A stretch of 64,000 bases of DNA. Source: the human T2T-CHM13v2.0 reference genome, Homo sapiens. Position 1 is the stretch's first letter; each line of letters opens with the position of its first letter. Positions 61,571-64,000 of this stretch are shown piece by piece. Where the stretch lies: assembly GCF_009914755.1 (NCBI RefSeq), contig NC_060946.1; one strand, 5' to 3'. A program made the position numbers and the translations under genes. The notes below the pieces were generated by a model that saw only the letters and a list, made by a program, of their open reading frames with translations, had not been told where the DNA came from and did not search any database.

Positions 61571-61908
61571 GTGAGCAGTGCTATTAGGCCTTCAGGGTCA
61601 CTGTCATGTGCTCAAGGAAGCGGGAGAGAAAGGAGCGAAGCTTGCCTGGCCCCAGGACAGCACTGCGTGAAGTCCCTGAGACCCTCTTTTCTCACACTCC
61701 TCTCATGTAACCCTGAGGTGGGGATGCACCTGTGTTTGTCCTCCCCCCCCATCCTCCTGACCGGGAACTCCTGGAGGGAGGAGAGGGCTGAATTGTTGGG
61801 GGCAAGGGAGAACATGGCTGCCCTCCTCTCCTGGGTGAGAACTCTTCATTCTGGGGTGGGAGTCAAGGTCCTGACTTGAGGAAGCAGGAGCTCCGCGTGT
61901 CGGCTGAG

Positions 61909-61946
61909 TGAATGAGTGAATGAATGAATGAATGAATGAATGAATG
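61909..61946. repeat. (TGAA)n tetranucleotide repeat, L2-tail type
   Basis: gaatgaatgaatg run. Confidence 0.85.
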
Positions 61947-62112
61947 CATATGCCAGAGGCAGTGTCACACAGTGGCTAAGGATGGGGGCATCGGCTTCCA
62001 ATAGCCTCAGATTCAAATTCTGGCTCACCTGCCTGCCAGTCATGGGGACCCTACTACCTGACTGCTCTGAGCCCCGGCATCCTCCTCTGCACTGCCCACT
62101 CCGTGCCCAACC

Positions 62113-62601
<489 letters not shown>

Positions 62602-63419
62602 TGAAATTTAATTTTAATTAATGTTAAACAGGCATGTGTGTCTAGCGGCTATAGTGTGAGACAGTGCAGTTCTAGAGAAAGGAGAGGCTTGGCCACACAG
62701 ACTGATTTGAGGGGCAGTGAGAGATCAGCTTCTTCCCAAAAGGCACCCTCTGCCCCACCCCTTGGTGTGCTTCATCCATCAGTGCAGGTTGTCTGAAGCA
62801 AGGTCCCACTAAACAAGCAAAGGCCCAGCATTCAGTCACCAAGCACTTGTGATGTGCACCGCCCCATTTAATCTTCACAATTGGGTATTGTGTGCATTAT
62901 TTAATCCTAAGAGCTGATTCACAAGGGAGAGACTGTTACCATTTTCATTTGGTCTTAGCCAAAAGGCTGAGAAGCGATGGTTATCATTTTCGAATGTGGA
63001 TACGGTGCAGAGAGGCAAAGCGCCCTACCCAAGACCCCAGAGGCGAGTCCTTTAGGCTTAACCTTCATGCCTCCCAGCCTCCCCAGGAAACCGCCCGGGA
63101 CAGCTGGAGGCATTCACAGCCCATGTGAGCAAGTTTGTTAGGACTTAAAGCCTGGCGGCTGTTAAGGGTTGAGTGGGGACAGGGACATGGAACTAGTTCT
63201 GGAGCTCGGGTTTCTGGCAGAATGTTCCAAAAATAGGAACTAGCAGCCAAAGGACAATGTCAGAAATGACCGAGTCAGGAGTGGTCTGTGTCTGAGCTGG
63301 GAGAGGCAGCAGAGAGGATTGTGGTTTGATACACATTTGTGTAAATAAGCACGCCTGTTTTGTAGATGGGGAAGCTGGGGCAGAAATGGGGCAAAAATAC
63401 GATTTTAAAGCCAGTCGTG

Positions 63420-63749
<330 letters not shown>

Positions 63750-64000
63750 TCACCAAAACCACTTGGGGGTGGATCTGACTCACATAGAGGCCCCTGCCGC
63801 TGGTCAGGCACTGCCTGGGATGGACCACGCAGGATGGGGGTGGGCAACGGTAAAAATACACCAAGGCCCAGAGTCCAGGCTCCTAGTGTCCAGCTATCAC
63901 TGGGGCCTAGGAGTGCCCACCCCAACCTTCCATCCACAAGAACTCCTGAAACGGGACTCGGGATCACAGCATCCATTCAGTTTTTGTCTGGGTCCAGTGG

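Overview
Human (primate) genomic DNA, GC-rich and very Alu-dense. The only protein-coding gene I can support is the 5' part of KIAA0930 (C22orf9, 22q13; recognised from memory of the peptide) on the minus strand. It comprises CpG-island exon 1a (CDS 31674-31611), a ~29 kb intron 1, an alternative coding first exon 1b (2788-2710) and the shared exon 2 (2552-2401). All junctions are GT-AG and phase-compatible; the rest of the gene lies left of the window. The right half (33-64 kb) has no credible protein-coding gene: about 30 Alus, L1/L2/MIR relics, MaLR LTRs, solo LTRs with recognisable target-site duplications (a third lies in intron 1), and an orphan CpG island at ~59.3-60.65 kb. Most other ORF-track entries are Alu, LTR, VNTR or GC-rich shadow ORFs. 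The most notable observations are: (1) KIAA0930 exon 1a has a strong-Kozak in-frame upstream AUG (+48 aa) and an out-of-frame uORF overlapping the weak conventional AUG; (2) a 1.2 kb intronic VNTR places 30 tandem GTGAGT 5' splice-site motifs on the pre-mRNA strand; (3) a 24-bp intronic VNTR places 32 UGCU (MBNL-type) motifs on the pre-mRNA; (4) the orphan CpG island has a GC box plus TATA, a CTCF-like motif, a pure (CGGGGG)13 repeat and an AUG-initiated ORF reading it as (Arg-Gly)13. Repeat subfamily names and boundaries are by eye and approximate.
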